Assembly (NCBI GenBank): GCA_045540295.1
Contig: JAZQGY010000029.1
Location: 114,983 to 178,982 of the forward strand
Reading direction: 5' to 3'
Origin: Clostridia bacterium
Lineage (GTDB): Bacteria > Bacillota > Clostridia > UMGS1840
DNA length: 64,000 nt
A program made the translations under genes and the position numbers. Shown here in pieces: positions 40,780 to 54,883 of the stretch. Position 1 is the stretch's first letter, and every line of letters starts with the position of its first letter. The notes below the pieces were generated by a model that saw only the letters and a list, made by a program, of their open reading frames with translations, was not told where the DNA came from and did not search any database.

Positions 40780-43581
40780 ATGATTTTGAATAACGGATTC
40801 AAAAAAACATTAATTTGGCTTACCATTGGCATTAGTGTTGTGGCGTTTGGCATCCTCTTGGTTGCCGGCTACCATTTCTATATGGAATATCTTCAGATTC
40901 AGGAAGTCGGAAGCAATTTTGTTTCTGTGTTTTCAAAAAATGCGATTGTGCATCAACTGATTCAGCTGGTCAGCTTTTTCATTGTGTTTCTGGCAATTTT
41001 CTTTAGCTTGTTGCGTGTTCGCAAGACGATGTTGTCGGTGGATGAATCTTTTCAGTTTTTAAAACCTATGTTTCCGATTTGGATTTTATCTTTTACTTTA
41101 GCGGTTTTTGCCGGTAATTTTATCAAAGATGCTGTAGGTTCCAAATTTTTGATGATGATGAATACCACAGAGTGGGGACTTACGGATCCTATTTTCGGAC
41201 AGGATGTTTCCTATTACGTATTTATCAGACCGTTTGTAATGACTTTGTTTGACAGTGCTATGGGCATTGCTATATTCGTTTCCATTCTGGTTTCTGTTTT
41301 ATATATTTTATTGTACGGTCGCCTTGGTGTTACGAATTTGAAAGAGTTTGTTCACAACAAAAAGATTATTACTCATATTGTTTTTCAATTATTGATTATT
41401 GTACTGATTCATCTTGGTTCTTATAAATTTAAAGCAGAAGATATGCTGTTTTCAGAATTTGCGGAACTTTCCGGTGCAGGATTTACCGATATTCATATTT
41501 GGTTAAAGTATTATAAAATTTTGCCATATGTTGGTGTGGTTGTTATTATCGGTGTGCTTCTCTTCTTACACAAAGCGAAGTTTAAATATGCCATTTTCAC
41601 AGCACTGATTATTCCTGTTGTGCTGATTGGATTTACTGCAAGTGCATTGATTACTCAATATTTTCATGTAAATCCCGCAGAAGTTCAGATGGAGGCCCCT
41701 TACATCGGGTATCATATAGAAGCAACCCGAATGGCGTATGGTATTCACGATATGGAAGAGCAGGAGTTTGCGGTGAATAATGAGTGGAGCTATGACGATG
41801 TTGTTGACAATCAGGCTGCAATCGATCAAATCAGCTTGCTGGATTTGAAAGCTACACACACTATTCTCGGACAACTTCAGGGAATCCGTGACTTTTATGA
41901 GTTTATTGATATTGATACCGTCAATTATGAAATTAATGGAACCAAAGAGGCTTTTATGGTTTCTCCTCGTGAACTCAGAAAGCTGGAAGAATCTCCAACC
42001 TCCCAAAGCTACAGTAACGATAAAATGAGATTTACCCATGGCTATGGAATGGTGATGCTTCCCGCTGATTCCGTAACTGCAGACGGACACCCGACGCTTT
42101 ATGTGAAAAACAGTCCCATTGTGTCATCGGTTTCGGAATTACAGGTAACAGAGCCCCGCATTTATTACGGCGAATATGATGATGATTATTCCATTGTGAA
42201 TACTCATGTAAAAGAATTTGATTATCTTTCCAACGGTCTGGCTGTGGAGAATGCATATCATGGCAAATCAGGCATACCGTTAAATGGTCTGAACCGATTG
42301 TTACTGTCGATTTGCTACGGAGATTATCAGTTGCTCACTTCTAATTTTATCACTGCAGACAGTAAACTGCTGATGAATACCAATGTTTTGGACCGTGTTA
42401 AAATTGCTGCACCATTTTTGACATTTGATGAAGATCCGTATTTACTGGTTGATTCTGAAGGTCGGTTAAAATGGATTGTAGACGCATACACAACAACGAA
42501 GCATTTTCCGTACGCTATGAAGTACGAAGATGATTTTAATTATATCCGAAATTCTGCAAAGGCTGTTGTAGATGCGTATGACGGTACGGTTGAGATTTAT
42601 ATTACTGATCCAACAGATAAAATTATCAATGTTTATCAAAAGATTTATCCGGAAGTATTTATGACGAAAGAGTTCCCCGCAAGTTTAAAGCAGAGCCTCA
42701 GATATCCGGAAACATATTTCAATATCCAAACAGAAGTATTAAAACGGTATCACATCAAAGATGCTGCCACCTTCTATAATCGTTCGGACGATTGGGAAAT
42801 TGCAAAAGAGATTTTTTCAGAGACTTCTTCCTGGACAGATAGCATTTCGGAAGATCAAGCGAAGGTTCAGATGAAGCCGTCCTACCAAATGCTGACAAGA
42901 GACGGAGAACAAGAGCTAACGTTGATGATTCCTTTCACGGAAAAAGGCAAGGACAGTATGGTAGCGTGGTTTATGGCAGGTTCTGACGGTGATTGCTACG
43001 GAACATTATCCTTGGTACAGTTTCCGCAAGATGCAACTGTATACGGACCTTTGCAAATTGAAAAACGAATTAATTCCGATCCGGAAATTGCTCAGATTAT
43101 GTCTGCTTGGGGGTCCGGTGAATCCACGATTATTCGCGGCAATTTAATTACTGTACCCGTTGGCGATTCCATTTTGTATGTGGAGCCGATTTATGTAACT
43201 GCAGGGAAAAATACTTTCCCGGAACTAAAAATGGTGGTTGCTGCGTATGACAGCAAAATTACCATTCGACCAACCTTACAACAGGCTGTAGAGGCGTTGT
43301 TTATTCCAACTGAGATTGAAGAGCCGCTTGTTGAACAACCCGTCGTTCCTCCTGAAATTGTTCCTGAAGATCCATTGTTGCCGGAGGATATCGGCGGTAC
43401 TGATCTGCAAAGGATTACAGAGGCTTTTAATCGTGTGCAGATTGCATCTCAAAGCGGCAATTGGGAAGAATTCGGAAAGGCAATGGCAGAGTTGAAATCC
43501 ATCATAGATGAACTAAACGGTTTACCGGTTGATATGGATGGCACAAGCAATTCCGATCATTCGGAAACAATTGTACCTTAA
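40780..43581 (+). CDS. UPF0182-family large membrane protein
   Basis: About 930 aa. Seven or more N-terminal TM helices, then a large soluble region with UPF0182-like blocks (RFTHGYG, YVEPIY..). The assignment is from memory of the family. Confidence 0.65.
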   Translation: MILNNGFKKTLIWLTIGISVVAFGILLVAGYHFYMEYLQIQEVGSNFVSVFSKNAIVHQLIQLVSFFIVFLAIFFSLLRVRKTMLSVDESFQFLKPMFPIWILSFTLAVFAGNFIKDAVGSKFLMMMNTTEWGLTDPIFGQDVSYYVFIRPFVMTLFDSAMGIAIFVSILVSVLYILLYGRLGVTNLKEFVHNKKIITHIVFQLLIIVLIHLGSYKFKAEDMLFSEFAELSGAGFTDIHIWLKYYKILPYVGVVVIIGVLLFLHKAKFKYAIFTALIIPVVLIGFTASALITQYFHVNPAEVQMEAPYIGYHIEATRMAYGIHDMEEQEFAVNNEWSYDDVVDNQAAIDQISLLDLKATHTILGQLQGIRDFYEFIDIDTVNYEINGTKEAFMVSPRELRKLEESPTSQSYSNDKMRFTHGYGMVMLPADSVTADGHPTLYVKNSPIVSSVSELQVTEPRIYYGEYDDDYSIVNTHVKEFDYLSNGLAVENAYHGKSGIPLNGLNRLLLSICYGDYQLLTSNFITADSKLLMNTNVLDRVKIAAPFLTFDEDPYLLVDSEGRLKWIVDAYTTTKHFPYAMKYEDDFNYIRNSAKAVVDAYDGTVEIYITDPTDKIINVYQKIYPEVFMTKEFPASLKQSLRYPETYFNIQTEVLKRYHIKDAATFYNRSDDWEIAKEIFSETSSWTDSISEDQAKVQMKPSYQMLTRDGEQELTLMIPFTEKGKDSMVAWFMAGSDGDCYGTLSLVQFPQDATVYGPLQIEKRINSDPEIAQIMSAWGSGESTIIRGNLITVPVGDSILYVEPIYVTAGKNTFPELKMVVAAYDSKITIRPTLQQAVEALFIPTEIEEPLVEQPVVPPEIVPEDPLLPEDIGGTDLQRITEAFNRVQIASQSGNWEEFGKAMAELKSIIDELNGLPVDMDGTSNSDHSETIVP

Positions 43582-43645
43582 TTAAAATTCCTATGTTGTA
43601 TGCAGTTATTTTTAGAGAATAATTGCGAAACGGAGACGAAATCGT

Positions 43646-44440
43646 ATGAGAGAATTAACATCAGATACCGTTGTGGTAAAAATTGGAACCAGTTCCTTAA
43701 CCTACAGCAACGGAAAAATGAATTACAGAAGAATCGAAAAACTGGTAATGGTATTGTCAGACCTTCAGAATCAGGGAAAAAAAGTTGTCTTGGTATCTTC
43801 GGGTGCAATTGGGGTAGGTGTTGCAAAATTAAATCTTCCAAAAAAGCCTACCGAAGTAAAAGAAAAACAAGCAACTGCAGCAGTTGGCCAGTGTCAGTTG
43901 ATGGCCATTTATGATAAATTTTTTGCCCAGTATGGTAAAGATGTGGCTCAGATTCTGATTACCAAATATATCATTGACAATGAACATTCCCGTCACAATG
44001 CAGTGAATACTTTTTCTGTTTTGCTGGATATGGGAGTGATTCCCATTGTCAATGAAAATGACGTTATTTCTACCGAAGAAATTGAATTTGGTGATAACGA
44101 TACCTTATCTGCTTATGTTGCAAGATTAGTCGGTGCAGATTTACTGATTATTTTAACGGATATTGATGGTTATTATAGTGATAATCCGAAAGAAAATCCG
44201 GATGCTAAGCTGATTTCAGATATCTATGAGATTACCGATGAAATCAAAGCAAAGGCAGGCGGTGCCGGCTCTAAATTAGGCACCGGCGGTATGTATACCA
44301 AGATTTTAGCTGCTGAGATTGCAAAAAAAGATAACATTACCACCGTAATTGCTCAAGGGGATGATCCTGAAATTATTTATCAGATTGTTGATGGAGAATC
44401 TGTGGGCACGGCATTTCACGGCAGAAAGGAGACCGTGTAG
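43646..44440 (+). CDS. proB: Glutamate 5-kinase (short form without a PUA domain)
   Basis: [40 protein letters not shown]. Confidence 0.9.
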   Translation: MRELTSDTVVVKIGTSSLTYSNGKMNYRRIEKLVMVLSDLQNQGKKVVLVSSGAIGVGVAKLNLPKKPTEVKEKQATAAVGQCQLMAIYDKFFAQYGKDVAQILITKYIIDNEHSRHNAVNTFSVLLDMGVIPIVNENDVISTEEIEFGDNDTLSAYVARLVGADLLIILTDIDGYYSDNPKENPDAKLISDIYEITDEIKAKAGGAGSKLGTGGMYTKILAAEIAKKDNITTVIAQGDDPEIIYQIVDGESVGTAFHGRKETV

Positions 44441-44441
44441 T

Positions 44442-46987
<2,546 letters not shown>

Positions 46988-47100
46988 GGTTCGATAATTC
47001 TCTCAAAATCTTATGAAAGATATTGACATTATTCGAGAAATATTGTAAAATAGATACAATAATCATTTTGAATCCAATAAGAAAAAGAAGGAGAAAAAAA

Positions 47101-48606
47101 GTGGCTTATTTTTTTGAAAATGAATCTCATACTTTCAGTGAATATCTGCTGGTTCCGGGGTATTCTTCCTGCGAATGTATTCCGGATAAGGTTAGTTTAA
47201 AAACACCTTTAGTAAGATATAAAAAAGGGCAGGAAGAATGTCCGATTAGTTTAAATATCCCTATGGTTTCTGCAATTATGCAGTCTGTTTCCGGTGAAAA
47301 GCTGGCTGTTGCCTTAGCAATGGAAGGCGGCGTTTCCTTTATTTACGGTTCTCAGACCATTGAAGAGGAAGCTGATATGGTTCGTCGTGTTAAAGCACAT
47401 AAAGCCGGTTTTGTATACAGCGATTCTAATATCAAGCCTGACCAGACCTTAGCAGATATTTTAGAACTTTTAGAAAAAACAGGTCACTCCACTGTGGCTG
47501 TTACTGATGACGGCAAGCCCAACGGCAAACTCTTAGGTGTAATCACCTCCAGAGACTACCGTGTTTCCAGACTTTCTTTGGATGTAAAAGTTTCTGAACT
47601 GATGACACCGCTGGAAAAATTGATTACCGGTAATGCAAGAACCACCTTAAAAGAAGCAAATGACATTATCTGGGATCACAAATTAAATTCTCTTCCCATT
47701 GTGGATGATAACGGCAATTTGATGTATTTTGTATTCCGTAAGGACTATTCCTCTCATAAGGAAAATCCGCTGGAATTATTAGACTCCGATAAACGCTATA
47801 TTGTCGGCGCTGGAATTAATACCCGTGACTACGAAGAAAGAATTCCTGCATTGGTAGAAGCCGGTGCAGATGTATTATGTATCGATTCATCTGAAGGTTA
47901 CACCGAATGGCAGAAGAGAACATTGGAATTTGCAAGAGCAAAATACGGTAACAAAATTAAAATTGGTGCCGGCAATGTTGTGGATGCAGAAGGTTTCCGT
48001 TTCTTAGCAGAAGCAGGTGCAGACTTCATCAAAGTGGGCATCGGCGGCGGTTCTATCTGTATTACTCGTGAAACGAAAGGGATTGGACGAGGACAGGCTA
48101 CCAGCGTAATCGACGTTGCAAAAGCAAGAGACGAATATTTTAAAGAAACCGGTATTTATGTACCTATCTGCTCTGATGGCGGTATCGTACATGACTACCA
48201 TATCACTTTAGCATTAGCTATGGGGTCTGACTTTGTAATGTTGGGCAGATACTTCTCCCGTTTTGATGAAAGTCCTACCCAAAAAGTAAACATCAACGGT
48301 AACTATTTTAAAGAATATTGGGGCGAAGGTTCTAACCGTGCAAGAAACTGGCAAAGATATGACAGTGGGGGACAGGCGAAGCTTTCTTTTGAAGAAGGCG
48401 TGGACTCCTATGTTCCTTATGCAGGTTCCTTGCATGATAACGTTAGCGTTACTTTAAAGAAGGTGAAATCCACCATGTGTAACTGCGGTGCGTTAACGAT
48501 TGATGAACTGCAAGAAAAAGCAAAACTGACACGTGTTTCTTCCACCAGTATTGTGGAAGGCGGCGCTCACGATGTTATCTTAAAAGACAAAGCAATCGGT
48601 AAATAG
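47101..48606 (+). CDS. IMP dehydrogenase-family protein with CBS pair (GuaB-related)
   Basis: GTG 47101 after AAGGAG. TIM-barrel motifs, CBS region, catalytic-loop variant [14 protein letters not shown] (canonical GuaB has GIGPGSICTTR). Confidence 0.78.
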   Translation: MAYFFENESHTFSEYLLVPGYSSCECIPDKVSLKTPLVRYKKGQEECPISLNIPMVSAIMQSVSGEKLAVALAMEGGVSFIYGSQTIEEEADMVRRVKAHKAGFVYSDSNIKPDQTLADILELLEKTGHSTVAVTDDGKPNGKLLGVITSRDYRVSRLSLDVKVSELMTPLEKLITGNARTTLKEANDIIWDHKLNSLPIVDDNGNLMYFVFRKDYSSHKENPLELLDSDKRYIVGAGINTRDYEERIPALVEAGADVLCIDSSEGYTEWQKRTLEFARAKYGNKIKIGAGNVVDAEGFRFLAEAGADFIKVGIGGGSICITRETKGIGRGQATSVIDVAKARDEYFKETGIYVPICSDGGIVHDYHITLALAMGSDFVMLGRYFSRFDESPTQKVNINGNYFKEYWGEGSNRARNWQRYDSGGQAKLSFEEGVDSYVPYAGSLHDNVSVTLKKVKSTMCNCGALTIDELQEKAKLTRVSSTSIVEGGAHDVILKDKAIGK

Positions 48607-48668
48607 TTGGTGAAACTTGTCTAATTTTACTAAAATTTATATTTGCATAAAAAAATGATAAAAAAAGC

Positions 48669-48697
48669 TTGATATTTTTTTGTCAATGTAGTATAAT
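48669..48697 (+). promoter_or_regulatory. Sigma-A-type promoter candidate for gap (TTGATA-17-TATAAT)
   Basis: TTGATA at 48669-48674, TATAAT at 48692-48697. Confidence 0.4.
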
Positions 48698-48783
48698 GTA
48701 TAAGGTTTGCAAAGAAGGAAATTTTTTCCTGATAAACTTTCGTTAAAAAAATTTTATATATGGCAGAATTGCCAAGTACGTAA

Positions 48784-49830
<1,047 letters not shown>

Positions 49831-49849
49831 TTAAAACATTTGTTAAAAA

Positions 49850-49881
49850 AGGTGTTTCCAAAATGGGAAACACCTTTTTTA
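49850..49881 (+). terminator. Rho-independent terminator after gap
   Basis: AGGTGTTTCC-aaaatg-GGAAACACCT followed by TTTTTT. Confidence 0.85.
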
Positions 49882-49996
49882 TTTTTCAAAAGATACTTGT
49901 CAAATTGCTCATCCTATGGTATAATTAAAAAAGGTTGTTCATTTATAACATCATAAAGATTGAAATTCGATTCCGTTGCCAAGGGGATTTTGCCGA

Positions 49997-50233
49997 ATGA
50001 TTGATGATTTTGATGCAACACCGGAGAATTCCTTTTTGTTGCAGATAGGGGAACAGCATACTCCGGTTCGTGATACAGCTTTACAGTACATACAGTGCTA
50101 TAGTACAGATGAAACAGTAGTGACTGTTGACGACAACGGCGAAGTATCTGCAGTCGGAACCGGCACAGCTCACATTGTGTTCGAGCTGGAAAGCGATGGC
50201 CAGGTTCAGTTGTATCAGTATCATGTGGAGTAA
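49997..50233 (+). CDS. Small stand-alone bacterial Ig-like (Big_2-type) domain protein
   Basis: ..LLQIGEQHTPV...YSTDETVVTVDDNGEVSAVGTGTAHIVFEL.. fits the Big_2 pattern. Own promoter-like TTGTCA-17-TATAAT upstream. No signal peptide. The start is uncertain (49976 TTG or 49997 ATG). Confidence 0.4.
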   Translation: MIDDFDATPENSFLLQIGEQHTPVRDTALQYIQCYSTDETVVTVDDNGEVSAVGTGTAHIVFELESDGQVQLYQYHVE

Positions 50234-50247
50234 TTTTAAATTGAAAA

Positions 50248-51189
50248 ATGAAGACAGAAAATAAGTCCTTATTAACCAATCCGTTTGTTCTTGCAGTGAT
50301 TGCATGTTTTTGTTGTGCTTTGTGGGGAAGTGCTACACCGTTTATTAAAATTGGTTCGAAATTAATGTTGAATGACGGTTCCGTTGCTTCTACAATGTTG
50401 TTTGCAGGCATCCGTTTTTTTCTTGCCGGTGTTATCGTGATTATTTACGATAGCATTGCACATAGAAAAATTATTTATCCAAAAACCAATAATCTGATAA
50501 AAATTGCTTGGGTTGCATTGTTTCAAACAGTCATTCAATATGTCTTCTTCTATATTGGAGTAGCTAACACGACTGCCGTTAAAGCAACTCTTACCACAGG
50601 GTGCGGCAGTTTTTCCGCAATTTTGGTGGCAACATTGATTTTTCGTTCGGAAAAATTGACCTTAAAAAAAGTGATAGCGTGTCTAATTGGTTTTCTTGGC
50701 ATTATTTTGGTTCATTTTGACGGAATGGATTGGAATATGAACTTTTTCGGAGATGGTTTCGTCTTTCTTTCCACTGTGTCTTATGGGGTGTCTTCCTCTT
50801 TGATGAAACGGTATTCTGATGTGGAAGAACCTTCTGTAATCAGCGGTTACCAATTTTTGATTGGCGGATTACTGATGACGGTTATCGGTATGGTGACCGG
50901 TGGAAAGGTTGTGGTGGAAGGCGTTACGGCTTGGAGTATTCTATTGTATCTGGCGTTGCTGTCAGCCGTGGCGTATACCCTTTGGGGTATTCTTTTGAAA
51001 CATAATCCGCTTTCTAAAGTTGCTGTGTATGGCTTTGCGATTCCTGTTTTTGGAGTGCTGTTATCACAGTGGATTTTATCAGAGCAGAGCAATGTACCGC
51101 AACTTCGGTTGTATTGTGCGCTGCTTTTGATAAGTATCGGTGTTTACATTTTAAACCGTCCTTCCAAGAAAAACACATCTTTAAAATGA
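50248..51189 (+). CDS. EamA/DMT-superfamily transporter
   Basis: Ten predicted TM helices arranged as two EamA-like repeats. Confidence 0.85.
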   Translation: MKTENKSLLTNPFVLAVIACFCCALWGSATPFIKIGSKLMLNDGSVASTMLFAGIRFFLAGVIVIIYDSIAHRKIIYPKTNNLIKIAWVALFQTVIQYVFFYIGVANTTAVKATLTTGCGSFSAILVATLIFRSEKLTLKKVIACLIGFLGIILVHFDGMDWNMNFFGDGFVFLSTVSYGVSSSLMKRYSDVEEPSVISGYQFLIGGLLMTVIGMVTGGKVVVEGVTAWSILLYLALLSAVAYTLWGILLKHNPLSKVAVYGFAIPVFGVLLSQWILSEQSNVPQLRLYCALLLISIGVYILNRPSKKNTSLK

Positions 51190-51200
51190 TTTATCTGTGT

Positions 51201-51241
51201 AAAAAAATGCTGCCAACAATAGTGGTTGGCAGCATTTTTTT
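51201..51241. terminator. Bidirectional rho-independent terminator between convergent genes
   Basis: AAAAAAA-TGCTGCCAAC-aatagtg-GTTGGCAGCA-TTTTTTT. Confidence 0.85.
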
Positions 51242-51249
51242 CGCAATAT

Positions 51250-52116
51250 TTACTTGATATCTTCTACGATTGTTTGGGGAGCAACATCCAATTCTTCGGG
51301 ATGTTCCAAAAGTCGTTGGAAACGCTTAAACGCTCTGGAAAAATAATGCCCGTCACAAATTCGCTCATCCAAGGTTAACACAAAATCCATGTAGCGATGT
51401 TTTTCCATTTCCCCGTGACGGTTTAATTCGCATTTGCTGTATTTTTTTCCTATTGCAAGGAACAGAGGCATATTTCCAAATTCATACAGATGATGTCGGA
51501 CGGGCCCAATTCCTAAAGATCCCAGATTGGTAATAAAAATAGATCCGTGGAATGGGCTTAGCTTTGTGAGAAAGCGGGGGAGAAGCTTGAAATAGTCCAA
51601 CAGTTTTAGCAGCCAGACGATAAATTTCAAAATTACACTTGGCATTCCCACAAGAATTCTTGCTGCGAAATCCATGTCGTTCTGGTCGCCTTCCTGACGG
51701 TTTTCCTCCAGTAAAACTTTTAGCTTTTCATATACTGTGTTGGCAGTATCTTCAGGGGTTAAGAATAGTTTTACAACAGTTTCAGGAGCATTCAGGCTCA
51801 TTTCTTTTTTGATGGTTAGACAGATTTCAATGCCGTTTCTTGCATAAAGACGTTGACCGCGAACAAAACGGTTTAATCCGGGCAATTCAGAAATTACCCG
51901 AACATACGATGCCATAAATACATGCATCATACCAAATCCGGCAAGTCCTTCCTCTCTTTTTTTACGGATATACTGTTCACTTTTTGTGATTTCAACTGCG
52001 GAAGAATAACTGTTAGACGCTGCATTTCGGTCGGGCATAATATATAGCGCCACAGAATCCATCGGGGCTCTGCTTTTAATTTTTCTTCCTTCTTTTTTAC
52101 TGATTTTTTTGCCCAT
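51250..52116 (-). CDS. Stand-alone CAT/2-oxoacid-dehydrogenase-E2-like acyltransferase-fold protein
   Basis: The C-terminal block LTLDERICDGHYFSRAF aligns with the E2 DHRxxDG and CAT HHAVCDG motifs, but has E-R where the catalytic His is expected. Confidence 0.5.
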   Translation of the reverse strand: MGKKISKKEGRKIKSRAPMDSVALYIMPDRNAASNSYSSAVEITKSEQYIRKKREEGLAGFGMMHVFMASYVRVISELPGLNRFVRGQRLYARNGIEICLTIKKEMSLNAPETVVKLFLTPEDTANTVYEKLKVLLEENRQEGDQNDMDFAARILVGMPSVILKFIVWLLKLLDYFKLLPRFLTKLSPFHGSIFITNLGSLGIGPVRHHLYEFGNMPLFLAIGKKYSKCELNRHGEMEKHRYMDFVLTLDERICDGHYFSRAFKRFQRLLEHPEELDVAPQTIVEDIK

Positions 52117-52335
52117 GTATTGTTACCTCGTAAATGGTTTATGAAGAATCTGTGAACATTATAGCATAAACAATTACAAAATACAACAAAAAACAATAAA
52201 AAAATTAATTTTTATACATTTTCTGAGGTTTGTTATGCCGTCAAATCCCATGAAAAAAGGTTGACAAAAAACGACAGATGGTATATAATATGATAGTTAT
52301 ATTTTAGAAGAATGGTTGTCAGGAGGACTTGTCTT

Positions 52336-53754
52336 ATGGCAAATGAAAAGAGAAGCAGCTTTACCGGAAAACTCGGCTTTGTCATGGCTGCTGCAGGTTC
52401 TGCAGTAGGTCTTGGTAATATCTGGAGATTTCCGTATCTTGCTGCAAAATACGGCGGCGGTATTTTTCTGTTGGTATATTTAATTCTGGCAGTTACTTTT
52501 GGCTTTGCGTTGATGACTGCAGAAATCGCCATTGGCAGAAAAACCGGTTTAAGTGCGATTGGAGCATTTCGTAAATTAGATAAACGTTACACATTTGTCG
52601 GATATCTTGCAGCAATTGTTCCGATGATTATTTTGCCCTATTATTCTGTAATCGGTGGATGGGTAACAAAGTATTTATACACTTTTCTTACAGGCGGGAT
52701 GATGCAAGCGGCAAACCCCGGCAATTCAGGAATCATTTTTGACGGTTGGTTTTCTATTCAAACTACAGAAGCCGTACCCGGCTTTTTTACTCAGTTTATC
52801 GGAGGTTCTGCCGAATCTGTTGGTTGGTTCTTCCTGTTTATTGCGGCAACTGCCCTGATTGTAATGTGCGGTGTAGACAAGGGAGTTGAAAAAGTCAGCA
52901 AAGTAATGATGCCGATTTTAATTGTACTATCTGTTTTCATTGCAATTTATTCCTTGTGTATGCCCGGTGCGATGGGTGGCTTTTTGTATTATATTACACC
53001 GAACTTCGCTGATTTCTCTGTCACTACTGTTTTGGCGGCAATGGGACAATTGTTCTATTCTATGTCTCTTGCTATGGGGATTATGATTACTTACGGTTCC
53101 TATATGAAAAAAGATGTTAGCATTGAATCCTCTGTCTCCCAGATTGAATTTTTTGATACCGGCATCGCATTTATTGCAGGCATGATGATTGTTCCGGCTG
53201 TTTTTGCATTTTCCAATGGAAACTTGGCTGCAATGAATAAAGGAGCAGGTTTAATGTTTATCACCTTACCTCAGGTATTTCAGACTATACCGTTTGGAGA
53301 TATTATTGGTGCAGCATTCTTCCTGATGGTGTTATTTGCAGCGTTAACTTCTTCTATTTCTTTGATGGAAACTGTGGTTTCCATTGTTTGCGATAAAATG
53401 AAGTTAAAGAGAATTCCCGCATGTTTGGTGGTTTTCGGAGTATCTTTGTTGCTTGGTATTCCTTCTGCACTTGGAAGCAATTTGTGGAGTTCTGTAAAAA
53501 TTATCGGAATGGAATTCTTAGATTTCTTTGACTTTATCAGTAACAGTGTACTGATGCCGATTGTAGCATTGTTAACCTGTATTTTTATCGGTTATGTATT
53601 AAAGCCGAAAACAGTTATCGAAGAAGTAGAATCTTGCGGTAAATTTAAACGGAAAAAGCTGTTTTCTGTTATGATTAAATATATTGCTCCCATTTTTATT
53701 GTGTTGATTTTAGCTTTCTCTGTGTTGGAAGCTCTTAAAATTTTAAAAATTTAA
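52336..53754 (+). CDS. Sodium-dependent transporter of the SNF/NSS family
   Basis: GFVMAAAGSAVGLGNIWRFPYLAAKYGGG signature, about 12 TM helices. AGGAGG lies upstream of ATG 52336. Confidence 0.88.
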   Translation: MANEKRSSFTGKLGFVMAAAGSAVGLGNIWRFPYLAAKYGGGIFLLVYLILAVTFGFALMTAEIAIGRKTGLSAIGAFRKLDKRYTFVGYLAAIVPMIILPYYSVIGGWVTKYLYTFLTGGMMQAANPGNSGIIFDGWFSIQTTEAVPGFFTQFIGGSAESVGWFFLFIAATALIVMCGVDKGVEKVSKVMMPILIVLSVFIAIYSLCMPGAMGGFLYYITPNFADFSVTTVLAAMGQLFYSMSLAMGIMITYGSYMKKDVSIESSVSQIEFFDTGIAFIAGMMIVPAVFAFSNGNLAAMNKGAGLMFITLPQVFQTIPFGDIIGAAFFLMVLFAALTSSISLMETVVSIVCDKMKLKRIPACLVVFGVSLLLGIPSALGSNLWSSVKIIGMEFLDFFDFISNSVLMPIVALLTCIFIGYVLKPKTVIEEVESCGKFKRKKLFSVMIKYIAPIFIVLILAFSVLEALKILKI

Positions 53755-53766
53755 TGTTCTGTCTCA

Positions 53767-53805
53767 ATGCACCTCCTTGTCTTCGGACAGGGAAGTGCAT
53801 TTTTT
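53767..53805 (+). terminator. Rho-independent terminator
   Basis: ATGCACCTCCTTGTC-ttcg-GACAGGGAAGTGCAT followed by TTTTTT. Confidence 0.8.
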
Positions 53806-53920
53806 GTCCCGATTATTTTTTAAAATTATTCAAATTACCATATTACAATTCAACTGTAATTTAGAAAATTGTGCAAATTATGGAAAATCAAAAAAAAATC
53901 GAAAAAATACGAAAAATAAC

Positions 53921-53949
53921 TTGTGCAATAAATATGTTTATGTTATAAT
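53921..53949 (+). promoter_or_regulatory. Sigma-A-type promoter candidate for the hdr-like operon (TTGTGC-17-TATAAT)
   Basis: TTGTGC at 53921-53926, TATAAT at 53944-53949. This leaves a leader of about 130-140 nt before ATG 54089. Confidence 0.45.
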
Positions 53950-54088
53950 AATCTAGATATTATATGATACAAGGGTCTGGTTTAAATTATTTTGTTATTT
54001 TTTTAACGAAGTTAGCGTAAATCTAAAGTAGGATCATTTCGTATTATCGTAAGGAACCAGCATTACAAAAGGAAAGGAAACCATTAGT

Positions 54089-54883
54089 ATGAAATACAGT
54101 TACTATCCCGGATGCACCTTGAAAAATAAAGCGAAAGCTTTGGACGAATATGCCAGAAAATGTGCTGAAATTCTTGGCTTCACGTTGGAAGAGATTAAGG
54201 ATTGGCAATGTTGTGGTGGTGTTTATCCGTTAGGAAATGATGAAATTGCAACAAAGTTATCTTCTGTTCGTGCTTTAAATGATGCCAAAGAAAAAGGGCA
54301 AGAATTGGTAACTGTGTGTTCTGCCTGTCATCACGTGTTAAAGCGTGTGAATGATGATATGGCAAATGTACAAGATATCAGAACTCGTGCCAATAATTAT
54401 ATGAATCTTTCTGAGCCTTATGGTGGTGAAACGACCGTTCTTCATTATTTAGAAGTGCTTCGTGACAGAATCGGTTTTGATAAATTAAAAGAAAAAGTGA
54501 CAAATCCTTTAACCGGCAGAAAAATAGGTGCCTACTATGGATGCTTGTTGCTTCGTCCGGGAAAAATTATGGCATTTGATAATCCTGAAAATCCCAGTAT
54601 TATGGAAGACTTTATTCGTGCACTTGGTGCTGAAGCTGTGATTTATCCATACCGCAATGAATGTTGCGGCGGATATATTTCCCTAAAAGAAAAAGATATG
54701 GCAAAATCCATGTGCGATAAAATTTCCGAAAATGCAAAAGGCTTTGGAGCAGACTGTTTAATTACTGCCTGTCCGCTTTGTATGTATAACTTGAATCAAT
54801 CAACGAAAGAATTACCCGTTTACTATTTCACCGAGCTTTTAGCGGAAGCTCTGGGAATCAAAGAGGAGGCAAACGAGGAATGA
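54089..54883 (+). CDS. hdrB: Heterodisulfide reductase subunit B-like protein (two CCG domains)
   Basis: MKYSYYPGCTL.. start. CCG motifs WQCCGG and NECCGG, plus flanking Cys (CSACHH, CPLC). Confidence 0.85.
   Translation: MKYSYYPGCTLKNKAKALDEYARKCAEILGFTLEEIKDWQCCGGVYPLGNDEIATKLSSVRALNDAKEKGQELVTVCSACHHVLKRVNDDMANVQDIRTRANNYMNLSEPYGGETTVLHYLEVLRDRIGFDKLKEKVTNPLTGRKIGAYYGCLLLRPGKIMAFDNPENPSIMEDFIRALGAEAVIYPYRNECCGGYISLKEKDMAKSMCDKISENAKGFGADCLITACPLCMYNLNQSTKELPVYYFTELLAEALGIKEEANEE

Noticed and set aside
41566-42090. 174-aa minus-strand ORF inside the UPF0182 gene
   Set aside because: It is antisense to a continuous 933-codon ORF and has no RBS or motifs.
44349-44441. N-terminal extension of proA suggested by the track (start 44349). 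Similar upstream extensions appear for IMPDH (47023), obg (45698), gap (48793), SNF (52312), the M20 gene (33208) and mvhD (57174).
   Set aside because: In each case the extension overlaps the upstream gene or lacks an RBS. An internal ATG or GTG with a good Shine-Dalgarno sequence matches the conserved family N-terminus.
49914-50411. 165-aa minus-strand ORF covering the Big_2 ORF and the EamA start
   Set aside because: It runs antisense through a promoter, a plus-strand ORF with a recognisable domain, and the start of a clear transporter gene. It has no motifs.
53880-53948. 22-codon ORF (MENQKKIEKIRKITCAINMFML) in the hdr upstream region as a leader peptide
   Set aside because: It has no RBS and overlaps the predicted -35 and -10 elements, so it would lie upstream of the transcription start.
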